Virus record (IMG/VR): IMGVR_UViG_3300030116_004830
Coordinates: 23,651 to 87,650 of that record
Strand: one strand, 5' to 3'
DNA: 64,000 bases
Source of the DNA: a virus
How positions within the stretch are numbered: the first letter of the stretch is position 1; each line of letters opens with the position of its first letter. Position numbers and translations under genes: made by a program. Shown one piece after another: positions 47,299 through 56,004 of this stretch. Below the pieces are notes generated by a model, which was not told the DNA's origin, searched no databases, and saw only the letters and a list, made by a program, of their open reading frames with translations.

Positions 47299-49562
47299 TA
47301 TTCCACCGCCCGTATTAATCCTTCATTCTCCAAAGTTTTCAAAAAATTCCTTTTTGATTTGGCTCCTCTCTGTTGCTGATAAGTCAGCGACTCTGAAACT
47401 ATCTTTTCTAACTTGTCCCTAATGTCTTGAGTAATCTCTTGTCTTAATTTAGGGATTATATCTTTAGTAATCTTTGCTATTTTTTTAATCTCGTTAGCAA
47501 ATGGCGACTCCATAAAATCCAAATCTTCACTTGGTTGGATTTCCTTGGTTAACCCATCTAACGCTTCTTGCTCACTAGGAATATATATTCTACCTGCTCC
47601 AATAATTACATTGTATAAATTATCTAAAGATTCAATTTTAGTTTTTATTACCTCCCCACCTAAAACATCATCTAAACCCTTACCAGCCGCTAGCCCCTTG
47701 TAGGCTATCTCAGCAATATCTTCTTCATGTCCATCAGAAAACTTACTTTCATCGAAATCTACTTCAAACACCTTTCCGTAATTTGTTTCTAAGGCCCTAT
47801 CTAATTGTTCAAATTGCGTATCAAAATCGCCTTTAACAGATTCTAATCCTGCCTTTAGAGAACTACCTGCTGGTTCTAAATCTATTAAGAAAAATAGATT
47901 CATGATTTTATCATAGGTAGATTGGCTAGCCACAACATAAGCATAAACCGTTTCATCTCCATATTGAATCTTTTTTTCTCTTATACCTAAATCATCCATT
48001 TTTTGAAGATTACTAATTATACTCATAATTTTCTTTTGATTATCAGATTGTTTATCTTCATTTGTAGGTATATCTTTTAGAAGTTCTTCAGCCTCTTCAT
48101 CTCCTGATACTAAGTCAGCAATGAACTCATCTTGAGATTCAGTAAGCGATTTTCTTATCATCTGTAAATTTTGTTCTAGTTGTTTTTTAGATGCTTCATA
48201 AGCATCTCTTAGTGAACCTCTACCCTTGAGAGCATTTACAATATCATTTTTGTATTTATCAAAATTAGGATTATCATCTTCTTTGATTCTATTCTCTATT
48301 ATCTCTGAATAAAAGTCGTTATTTATATCTCCTTTAGAAGAAGCATTATAGACACTCCGAGCATAATAATTTAAACGATATTTTTCGTTAGCAAATTTCA
48401 TTGTTTGCATATTGAGAATAAAATTATCCGCCATACTTCCATCTTCTATCATGGATTCATATTTTCCGTCTAAAATTTTCAATAGGCTTCTATGAATAAA
48501 ACCGCTTCTTTCTTTAATTGCGTTTAATTTGTTTGTAGAAAGTTTCTCGTATTCTTTTTCACTCATTACCTTTTCAAGAAAGTAATGTGCCTTTGCAGAA
48601 GTAAACGGTTCTACCAATTCATATTCTTTGAAAATCATACCTTTAGTATCATCTTTTGAATATTCTACCATATCTAATTTACCAAATAATGCGTAAACGG
48701 GTCTAGGTTTATTCTCAATTTTTTGGGGTCCTATAATTTCCTTTACCTTTCTTTTAAGTTCGTTTACATCTCCCTCATATGAAGGGATAATTTGGTGCGG
48801 TCCTTTTTTTTCAAAACCTAATTGGGATAAATCTTCTTCGGTCTTAACAGAAATTCTTTGTTGCCTATTCCAGCCCCATTGATTCAATAGAGGTATTATC
48901 TTTCTACCATACGTTTGAGTAAAATATGGTTTTAGTTTGTCGATTTTAGTTTTATCTTTAAGTAACAATCTATCTAATTTCGCCAAATATCTTTTCTGTT
49001 GATTTTCATCCCAAGTATCAAAATTTTCTTGTAGAACCGCATCAATTTTTTCTTTGGTAACATCTTGCATTTCTACATTGATACGGGCTAATCCTGATGC
49101 AGTTCCCCTTGCTTTAGCCTGTCCTTTCTTTCTACCCTCTAAGAACGGCAACAATTCATTAACGACTTTCGTAACCCTAGCGGTTATCTTAGGTCCCTTT
49201 ATTCTATTAGGTCCTGTTGTTAATTTTCTAATCTCACTTATGTTTCTCCATCCCTTGAAATCATCTTGTTGATAAAATCTTAATCGGTCAATGGTAGCGT
49301 CTAATCCTTCGGGCTGATATTTTCTTTTTACTTCACTTATGAACATATCAGTATCTTCATCGCTAGAAAAAACTTCAGCCCAGTAAGTATTGGTTTGTTC
49401 TTCATTGAATCTTCTAAAATGAGGTAATCTAATTTTACCGTCTTGGTCGTATCTGTTGTATTGAGCCTTAATAACTTCCAAACTAGCATACACATGGTCA
49501 TTGTCTTTCAAAACCCTATTGGATTTCTTAAGAGATAATATCCATGCGGGTTCTTGACTCAT
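47298..49562 (-). CDS. Large helical protein (754 aa), probable internal virion protein
   Basis: N-terminal WILSLKK tag variant. Confidence 0.55.
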   Translation of the reverse strand: MSQEPAWILSLKKSNRVLKDNDHVYASLEVIKAQYNRYDQDGKIRLPHFRRFNEEQTNTYWAEVFSSDEDTDMFISEVKRKYQPEGLDATIDRLRFYQQDDFKGWRNISEIRKLTTGPNRIKGPKITARVTKVVNELLPFLEGRKKGQAKARGTASGLARINVEMQDVTKEKIDAVLQENFDTWDENQQKRYLAKLDRLLLKDKTKIDKLKPYFTQTYGRKIIPLLNQWGWNRQQRISVKTEEDLSQLGFEKKGPHQIIPSYEGDVNELKRKVKEIIGPQKIENKPRPVYALFGKLDMVEYSKDDTKGMIFKEYELVEPFTSAKAHYFLEKVMSEKEYEKLSTNKLNAIKERSGFIHRSLLKILDGKYESMIEDGSMADNFILNMQTMKFANEKYRLNYYARSVYNASSKGDINNDFYSEIIENRIKEDDNPNFDKYKNDIVNALKGRGSLRDAYEASKKQLEQNLQMIRKSLTESQDEFIADLVSGDEEAEELLKDIPTNEDKQSDNQKKIMSIISNLQKMDDLGIREKKIQYGDETVYAYVVASQSTYDKIMNLFFLIDLEPAGSSLKAGLESVKGDFDTQFEQLDRALETNYGKVFEVDFDESKFSDGHEEDIAEIAYKGLAAGKGLDDVLGGEVIKTKIESLDNLYNVIIGAGRIYIPSEQEALDGLTKEIQPSEDLDFMESPFANEIKKIAKITKDIIPKLRQEITQDIRDKLEKIVSESLTYQQQRGAKSKRNFLKTLENEGLIRAVE

Positions 49563-50221
49563 TGTAATTGCTCCTGCATCTTACTCTTAATGTCCAACCA
49601 AACTTGAGGATGCTGTTGTGCTAATACCTCTTGAACGACTTGCATTTGATGAACGATAATTGTATCTTGTCTTTTGTGAACCAACTGTCCCTTGAACTCC
49701 AACATATACTTCAATGATTCACGAATCTCTTTTGCTAGTTTCGTCAAACTATCAATATATTTTGGATTGAGGTCATCCTCTTGAAACAACAATTCAATCT
49801 TTTCTTCAAGACGATGAATATTTACCGACAACAAATCAATTTCATTCAAATCTCTTTTCATGATTTCCATTGCCGCAGATTGTTGAACTAGCGGCTTCAA
49901 GTGTTTATTCATGTGTTTCATGACTTGTTGACGACTAATTCCTAAATCCGCCGCAACGGTTGAAGGTGAAATCTCTCCTTCATGGATAGCCATCTCTAGA
50001 GTTTTTCTTTCAGGACTAACGCATAACGCACATTTAGGATTTGATTGGTCGGTATAATCTGTATCCATGTGGTTTCTCAAATGTCTGGCAGTAACTCCAC
50101 TAGTCCATCCCATTTCTTCATCAAGTTCATCAGGAGTAATTTGTTTTGAAGAAAGCCTTTCCTCTAATTGGTCCCTATCGGGATGTTGGCAGAGTTTACA
50201 GTGCTTTCTTGTTTTAGCCAT
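49559..50221 (-). CDS. Probable terminase small subunit
   Basis: Two tandem CxxC-HTH-HxxxH repeats plus a C-terminal coiled coil; upstream of terL. Confidence 0.55.
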   Translation of the reverse strand: MAKTRKHCKLCQHPDRDQLEERLSSKQITPDELDEEMGWTSGVTARHLRNHMDTDYTDQSNPKCALCVSPERKTLEMAIHEGEISPSTVAADLGISRQQVMKHMNKHLKPLVQQSAAMEIMKRDLNEIDLLSVNIHRLEEKIELLFQEDDLNPKYIDSLTKLAKEIRESLKYMLEFKGQLVHKRQDTIIVHQMQVVQEVLAQQHPQVWLDIKSKMQEQLQ

Positions 50222-50225
50222 TCAA

Positions 50226-51476
50226 TCAGCCCCACAAACCATCAGTCCAACTTTTCTTAATCTTTGAATTAGCCACTGCCTGTTCATGCTTTGATGACCA
50301 AGGCTGACCAGTAACCTTTCTTCCACCACCTGCCGATGAAAGCATAAGTGGTTTACTATTAGGAGGTAGATGAGGCGGAACGATAAAATCTTGACGAACA
50401 AACATGTTAATCAAACGGTTAATGGTAGCATCAGTAAATTTAATCTTAAATTCCTTTACATCATCCATTCCTGTAACATCTTTTAGATAAGGAGCAATCG
50501 AAGTCAAATATCTTTGAGTTTGTTTCTGTTGACCTTTGAATGGGAAATTGTTCAATTGAGTAGTAATACCTCTAGCACCACCATACATCAATTGATGGCC
50601 CCCACCACGATACGAATTACTATTACTCAAAATCTTTCTAATTTCTCTTATCAATTGAGGCAGTTTGGATAATGCATCTACCTTATTAGCAAAATCTCCT
50701 TTATCATTAATGATAATCTCTTGAATAAAGGCTCCATCCAATGCCTTTTTGAAATCTTGAAGAATGGCTAAAAGTCCCTTTTCAATAGTATCTCCTTTTC
50801 CTCCATTTTTCACTCCTTCTGCCCCTGCGTAAAATGCTTGCCAAAAGGGAGGCTTTGCTTGATTTTTTCCACCATCACCTTCTTCATACCAAGAAGATTT
50901 CACGGGACCTTGTTCATTTTCACTATCATGAACATCTGTTCTAGACCTAACATAAATCGGAGTTCGATAATGACCATAAACAACTTCTTCACCAATATCG
51001 GCCATTTTACCTTTTACTTTACCAACATCCAATGGTTGAGTAAAAAAGATGTTTCTTGGGTCATCGTCTGTTCCCTCCATTTTCTCTAAATCGTTTATCA
51101 AATCAAGAATATCTTGTTCATCATCTTCATCTATCAAAGATTGTTCATCCAAAATAACAGAATCTAGCAATTCCACGATGGCTTTTCCTTTATCTCTTGG
51201 AGTTCTGTTCGGTCTTACTACTCTAGCAGTAACATGGTCTTCTACATGTTGCAATAAGGTGTCGCTACCTGCGCTTCCATCTTTCTTATGACCTCTACCA
51301 GTAACTCCAATATCTGCCAATGTTAATCCTCGACATTCATTCTTCCACTTCGTATATTGTCTTTGAATAGTTCCAATCTCTTCGCCTAATTCTTGGTCAA
51401 TTAGTGCATTCTTAAACTGAATCATTCTTTTCTTCTTAACTGGTGGGGCCTTCAATAGCGTATTTACCCAATTCAT
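50226..51476 (-). CDS. Hypothetical protein with MNWVNTLLKA tag
   Basis: Tag-like motifs at both ends (C-terminal KKSWTDGLWG). Confidence 0.6.
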   Translation of the reverse strand: MNWVNTLLKAPPVKKKRMIQFKNALIDQELGEEIGTIQRQYTKWKNECRGLTLADIGVTGRGHKKDGSAGSDTLLQHVEDHVTARVVRPNRTPRDKGKAIVELLDSVILDEQSLIDEDDEQDILDLINDLEKMEGTDDDPRNIFFTQPLDVGKVKGKMADIGEEVVYGHYRTPIYVRSRTDVHDSENEQGPVKSSWYEEGDGGKNQAKPPFWQAFYAGAEGVKNGGKGDTIEKGLLAILQDFKKALDGAFIQEIIINDKGDFANKVDALSKLPQLIREIRKILSNSNSYRGGGHQLMYGGARGITTQLNNFPFKGQQKQTQRYLTSIAPYLKDVTGMDDVKEFKIKFTDATINRLINMFVRQDFIVPPHLPPNSKPLMLSSAGGGRKVTGQPWSSKHEQAVANSKIKKSWTDGLWG

Positions 51477-51745
51477 TCTTCATCTTCCTCCTTTTTCTTT
51501 TTCTTTTTTCCATAAAGAGGTCTAGGTTCAAGACCTGCGGTAGTGGAAGTTACTGCCCCTGCTAGTTTAAGCATCTTGACCCACCTACCATGAGCCTTCC
51601 TGTTTGAAGAATGCTTCAAATTGTTTCTTCTAGCCACTTTTATTTCGGCTTCATTTTGGGACATATTAGCAAACCTCATTATATCTTCTATCTCTTTACG
51701 ATATTCAGGATATTTCTGAATAAAATTGGTTTGGACGATAGCCAT
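51473..51745 (-). CDS. Small basic hypothetical protein
   Basis: In-operon ORF. Confidence 0.55.
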   Translation of the reverse strand: MAIVQTNFIQKYPEYRKEIEDIMRFANMSQNEAEIKVARRNNLKHSSNRKAHGRWVKMLKLAGAVTSTTAGLEPRPLYGKKKKKKEEDEE

Positions 51746-51799
51746 GATTAAACCCGCTTTTTCAATCGTAGATAATCCCCGTTTATTTCCTTTGTTATT

Positions 51800-52654
51800 T
51801 TAAACGGCTAAACTAATTTCTCTATTTAATTTATTCATCCAATCAGTAACATACCATAAATCGTCTAACTCAACACCAGTTTCGTAATTCCTATTATGTA
51901 AATAATTAACCAATTGATTGGTTGAAAGGTTCCTTCCGCTTTCAGGAATAAAGGGACATCCACCAAGACCAGCAATACTCGCATCAAACTTGGTTATTCC
52001 CCAATCTAAAGCCGCTTCCACATTAGCAAAAATGTCCGTATCTCCATTTTTTCTCTCATGAAGGTGTAAAGTTACATCCGAATCTAATTTTCTAGTCAAT
52101 TCTAAGGTTTGAAGCAACTTTGTAGGAAAAGCAGACCCAATTGTATCACAAAGGACTATCTCATTAGCGATTTCACTTGCCATTTCAAAGGATTTAATCA
52201 ATTTATAGTCAGAAATGCCTCCTGTGAGTGGACAACCAAAGGCACAAGAGACATATGCACGAACATTTTCTCTTTTTTCTTCTTCTAACATCGTTTTTAT
52301 CTCAGGAAACGCTTCATCTAGTGTTCTTCCCAAATTTATTCGATTAAATTCGTCCGAAGGAGAAAAATATACGTTAAATCTCGATACTCCAACCGCTTTT
52401 GCCCTATCATATCCCTTTTGATTCGGCACTAGCGCCGCAAAATTAGCCAAATTGCGAGTTTCGCTAAACACACTTTCCGCATCAGCCATATGAGGGACCA
52501 TTTTGGGATGGACAAATGATGCAACTTCAATATCTTCTAGTCCACCATGATATAATTCGTTTATCATCCTAACTTTTTCATTTGTATCTAAAACAAACTT
52601 GCTATTTTGTAAACCATCTCTAGGTCCCACTTCATATATCTCAATATCTCTCAT
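51800..52654 (-). CDS. hmgL: Hydroxymethylglutaryl-CoA lyase (DRE-TIM family)
   Basis: EVGPRDGLQN, SFVHPK.VP.MAD, LxDTIG, HxH metal ligands, GLGGCPF catalytic Cys, GxNLST. Confidence 0.9.
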   Translation of the reverse strand: MRDIEIYEVGPRDGLQNSKFVLDTNEKVRMINELYHGGLEDIEVASFVHPKMVPHMADAESVFSETRNLANFAALVPNQKGYDRAKAVGVSRFNVYFSPSDEFNRINLGRTLDEAFPEIKTMLEEEKRENVRAYVSCAFGCPLTGGISDYKLIKSFEMASEIANEIVLCDTIGSAFPTKLLQTLELTRKLDSDVTLHLHERKNGDTDIFANVEAALDWGITKFDASIAGLGGCPFIPESGRNLSTNQLVNYLHNRNYETGVELDDLWYVTDWMNKLNREISLAV

Positions 52655-52881
52655 CTTCTAACCCCATTACTAGCGATAATTCACCTAGTAATATATCCAA
52701 TTTAAACATGCCCCTAATTTCTCATCCTTCCTCAACCATTTACCTTTCAGCGATAAATGACGATGGGCTAGATTAGTGGGTGATATATCTCCCACCTAAC
52801 TTTTTCAAAAAATGACCCGTAATTTGTGTGGGACTAGCAAAAATTTTTTGGGGCTTATCGTCTATTTCCAGCCAAATGCCT

Positions 52882-53127
52882 TTAATCCTCTAAAATCATT
52901 TTTGTTATATCTTCTAAGGTCAATCGTTCTTTTATATCGCTACTCGATTTAGTAGCAAAATCATCTAAGGAACTCTGAGTGGTCTTCTTCCTTGTAGCAT
53001 CTAGCAATTGCTTTAGCAATCCGTCAGCCTGTTTTAGTGCTTTATTGGCAATGTCCGTCTGAATTCTTGCTTCCGACATTAGTTTATTGATTTCTCTTAC
53101 GGCCTGAAATACTTCTTCATCCTCCAT
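52882..53127 (-). CDS. Hypothetical coiled-coil protein
   Basis: ORF with GGAGG RBS. Confidence 0.6.
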   Translation of the reverse strand: MEDEEVFQAVREINKLMSEARIQTDIANKALKQADGLLKQLLDATRKKTTQSSLDDFATKSSSDIKERLTLEDITKMILED

Positions 53128-53308
53128 AGAAACCCTCCACTAAACCAAGCCTAGCGCCATTTAACTAATAGAGATATGGTCTAATCATTAAATTATAACA
53201 GTGTAAGGCTTATCATTAAATGACGTTCAAATAAAAATTTTTTTCACAAAGCCATATGGTTGGAGGCTTTGCTATCCAACCTTATGAGTATTAAAAATAC
53301 CATCTGAT

Positions 53309-53455
53309 ATGAGTGATGAAAAGTTGGACCCGTTTCACGATGATTATGAAATCGTAATGACCAAAAAGGAACTATACCATTTAGAGATATTGCGGGCAAT
53401 GGGGCTTAACTTTGAAATGCTTAAGATAATGGGACCAGAAGGTGAGGAGGAATGA
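53309..53455 (+). CDS. Cassette 1, leaderless 48-aa ORF (MSDEKLDPFHDD...)
   Basis: Below the track cutoff; follows the cassette promoter; stop overlaps the next ATG. Confidence 0.6.
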   Translation: MSDEKLDPFHDDYEIVMTKKELYHLEILRAMGLNFEMLKIMGPEGEEE

Positions 53456-53712
53456 GAGCAGACGAGATAGCGGATTGGTGTGGCTTTGACGATGAATGGG
53501 ATATGTTAACCGACAATTTAGATGATGATGAATTGATGGACCTATTGCGGGTATTCGTTTATTCTGATAAGGAAGGCTTAATTCAAGAGATGATAGAGGA
53601 TTGGGCAAAATATCAATACGATTGGGTAGACCATGAAAAGATAAAGGCAGATTACGAGGATATGAAATATCAAGAGTGGAAAGATAGTAGAGGTGAAAGA
53701 GATGAAAGATAA
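53452..53712 (+). CDS. Cassette 1, acidic hypothetical protein
   Basis: ORF track; RBS present. Confidence 0.65.
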   Translation: MRADEIADWCGFDDEWDMLTDNLDDDELMDLLRVFVYSDKEGLIQEMIEDWAKYQYDWVDHEKIKADYEDMKYQEWKDSRGERDER

Positions 53713-53956
53713 AGAGATTAAGATACGATGTGGTAAGAATAGTTTTGTGCATCCTAGTTATATCGACTATTGTATGACTACTAGTAAAGTGGATTGGAAT
53801 GAAGATGCTCAAACAGAAGCAATAAGGATTTGGCAGTTATGCTTCTTGTTTCCTAACCTTGAAGCAGGAGTCCTTATTGATTTAGTTAAGGGCAAAAGAA
53901 AATACAGTTACGATGATGAAACGATTTATATTCATGTAGAAGAGGAGGAAGAGTGA
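53702..53956 (+). CDS. Cassette 1, hypothetical protein
   Basis: GAGGTGA RBS before ATG 53702. Confidence 0.65.
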   Translation: MKDKEIKIRCGKNSFVHPSYIDYCMTTSKVDWNEDAQTEAIRIWQLCFLFPNLEAGVLIDLVKGKRKYSYDDETIYIHVEEEEE

Positions 53957-54036
53957 TGTGTGGAGCAATACCCGTTCAGTGTGAAGATTGTGGGCGCTGG
54001 TATAGGATAGGCAGTTGCCAATGGTGTAAAGAATAA
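53956..54036 (+). CDS. Cassette 1, 26-aa zinc-finger microprotein (MCGAIPVQCEDCGRWYRIGSCQWCKE)
   Basis: TGATG coupling, GGAGG RBS, CxxCG...CxxC. Confidence 0.5.
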   Translation: MCGAIPVQCEDCGRWYRIGSCQWCKE

Positions 54037-54038
54037 AT

Positions 54039-54048
54039 CCCTTCGGGG
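54039..54048 (+). terminator. CCC-TTCG-GGG hairpin ending cassette 1 (same type at 54411-54422, 57943-57954 and minus-strand 56776-56787)
   Basis: UUCG-capped hairpins at the 3' end of four cassettes. Confidence 0.55.
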
Positions 54049-54123
54049 TAGTAGACAAAAGCACTACCATATGGTAATGACTTTGTAAATTACCTTAACA
54101 TAGTTTATCCGCTAACTACTATT

Positions 54124-54405
54124 GTCGAGGTGACGGCCTCGGCAGGGAATGACCGAATAGAGCCTGTGCTGGGCGCTAAGGTATTCTCCTTCGTGTGGTG
54201 CGACACTGCCTTATCAGCATGGCCTAATGGTTAGATGGGTAAGTAGTAGTGAAAAGTCCTTAATCCTCAAAAGGGGAGTTGCCTAACTAACAACTTGGAC
54301 AGGAGAAGTAGTCATGCTAAACCAATCGAATGGATTGAAACGGCGCAAAACGAGAGAGGCGGAATCCTCTCATGACTTGAAGGTAGCCAGTCCTTCTTCC
54401 CACCT
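54124..54405 (+). ncRNA. Cassette 2, putative ~280-nt structured RNA
   Basis: Promoter and terminal hairpin but no ORF; GC-richer than the genome; many stems (GAGAGG/CCTCTC, GAAGG/CCTTC, AGTCATG/CATGACT, AGTTG/CAACT, TGCTG/CAGCA). Confidence 0.65.
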
Positions 54406-54514
54406 TTATTTCCCTTCGGGGATTTAAGGTTCTTCATCTCAAAGTTAGAACCATATGGTGAGGTAACTTTGAGGTAACACGAACCTCATATAGAATACGG
54501 ATTAACTACTATTG

Positions 54515-54730
54515 ATGTGGCAAGAACGTAAAGAATGGAGACAGTGGCATACGGTTGATTTTCCTGTAACAATTGGAAATGTTGAATATAATTCAATTAG
54601 ACCGTTAATGAAGATGGTTAGGGAGAGATACCCTTGGAGAGAGTGGAAAGTTATCAAGCATTATTACTACGGGGCATTTTGGGAGATTAAGTATTCTACA
54701 GATGCACATATGAGACAGGAGTGGGGTTAA
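54515..54730 (+). CDS. Cassette 3, leaderless W/R-rich protein
   Basis: ATG immediately after CTACTATTG. Confidence 0.6.
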   Translation: MWQERKEWRQWHTVDFPVTIGNVEYNSIRPLMKMVRERYPWREWKVIKHYYYGAFWEIKYSTDAHMRQEWG

Positions 54731-54865
54731 ATGAAAGCAAGAGATTTATTGAGAATGACGGTTAAAGAAGTGAAAGAAATCGAGCAACAACTATGGAAAG
54801 AATGGGAAATCGCAAATAAAGTGCTTAAGGTGCTGACGGAAATTGAGAAGGAGGAAGAAGAATGA
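54731..54865 (+). CDS. Cassette 3, 44-aa coiled-coil ORF (MKARDLLRMTVKEV...)
   Basis: Below the track cutoff; coupled to both neighbours. Confidence 0.6.
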   Translation: MKARDLLRMTVKEVKEIEQQLWKEWEIANKVLKVLTEIEKEEEE

Positions 54866-55044
54866 GCAAAATGGCAAAATGGATTAGTGAAAACTGGAAG
54901 TCGATTTGGGGACATGGAACTTATCTATGTGCTAAAGATGGTAGAGAGGCAGAAAGTGGCTTTTATGTCGTAGTGCCTTTAGACATGATTGTTGAGGAAT
55001 TGGGAGTTAGTAGGAATTACCTGATGTATGGAGAGGATGAATAA
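54862..55044 (+). CDS. Cassette 3, hypothetical protein
   Basis: ORF track. Confidence 0.6.
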   Translation: MSKMAKWISENWKSIWGHGTYLCAKDGREAESGFYVVVPLDMIVEELGVSRNYLMYGEDE

Positions 55045-55205
55045 TGTTTCAAAGACGACATATGATAGTTATAGCAGAGATACTGAAAGAACAAGGAGCA
55101 ACATATCAAAATATCAACAGATGGGCTGATATGCTTGGTCATTACAACCACAATTTTGACCGTGAGAAGTTCTTCAAGGCTTGTGGGAAGGAAGATTCGG
55201 GGTAA
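55044..55205 (+). CDS. Cassette 3, 53-aa ORF (MFQRRHMIVIAEIL...NFDREKFFKACG)
   Basis: TAATG coupling; FDxxxFxxAC motif recalled from small phage proteins. Confidence 0.65.
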   Translation: MFQRRHMIVIAEILKEQGATYQNINRWADMLGHYNHNFDREKFFKACGKEDSG

Positions 55206-55441
55206 CGCCCGTTTCTCTCCTTATTCTCAAAGTTAGTCGCTACACTTGTTGCGTTACCATATGGTCTTGAAATATGTGCAGATATAGGAACACTTCGATA
55301 GATTAATCTCAAAACTCTAGCATGTTTTACTACCAATCTGAGATTATTTCCTAAGTTGCCGCAGTAAACAGCAAATCGAAGATTTTTCATTACCATATGG
55401 TATTGGGCTTTGTAATCAATACCTCAAGAGTAAAAATTTCA

Positions 55442-55512
55442 GACCCCACCATCACATCCGCTAAGATGCTGAAACCAATAGGGTGCTACCCGTATTTCTA
55501 GATGGTGGGGTC
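55442..55512. ncRNA. Three-way-junction element closed by a 12-bp perfect stem
   Basis: GACCCCACCATC...GATGGTGGGGTC enclosing CATC/GATG and GGGT/ACCC hairpins. Confidence 0.45.
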
Positions 55513-55545
55513 CTAAAGCCAATACTTTTCATTTCTTCACCTCAA

Positions 55546-55743
55546 CTACTCTTGTTGAAGTATGCGAAAGTCCTGTAATGCTAATTGTAAGTCAGCGATG
55601 CACGTTGTTAGTTCATCACCACTTACACGAAGTTTCTTGATAATCAATTCATTGTTTCGATTATGTCCAACTTCGATAACGAAGCGTTGCTCTTGGTTCG
55701 CAGTAAATTCCTCAATTGTATTCTTTTTGTTAAACCACTTCAT
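55546..55743 (-). CDS. Cassette 4, hypothetical protein (MKWFNKK...)
   Basis: GGAGTGA RBS. Confidence 0.6.
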   Translation of the reverse strand: MKWFNKKNTIEEFTANQEQRFVIEVGHNRNNELIIKKLRVSGDELTTCIADLQLALQDFRILQQE

Positions 55744-55759
55744 CTCAATCACTCCTTTG

Positions 55760-56004
55760 AATTAGGCCGAACCATTGCCCGACATTGGCCAATTAGGGCA
55801 GAGAACTTACGTATCTACAAGTCGGAGGGACATTCTCAAATATTACTTGGTCTGTTTAGGTTGCACCCTGCCCTTCCTAGGAAAAAACAGGCCCTAATGA
55901 GTCGTTCATAATGATAAACATGTGTCGCACTTAGGTTTCGATTCTCAGGTTCTATTACCAAGCAAATCCACAGTCACCCGAAGGCCGTTTTTTCACTTGG
56001 TCGT
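55760..56004 (-). ncRNA. Cassette 4, ~245-nt structured leader / ncRNA
   Basis: Begins right after the cassette promoter; has stems; shares colinear motifs with the cassette 2 RNA. Confidence 0.5.

Noticed and set aside
1113-52421. Numerous plus-strand ORFs of 60-150 aa in the structural module
   Set aside because: They are antisense shadows of long minus-strand genes, with S/F/L/I-biased composition and no RBS.
54124-54405. RNase P RNA, group II intron or hammerhead identity for the cassette 2 RNA
   Set aside because: GAAAAGTCC and GTGCG words occur, but I found no RNase P P4 partner strand, no group II domain V and no CTGATGA/GAAA hammerhead core.
55142-55396. 84-aa minus-strand ORF crossing sites 4 and 5 (similarly 57602-57985)
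   Set aside because: Runs through repeat sites and overlaps better-supported genes; likely spurious.
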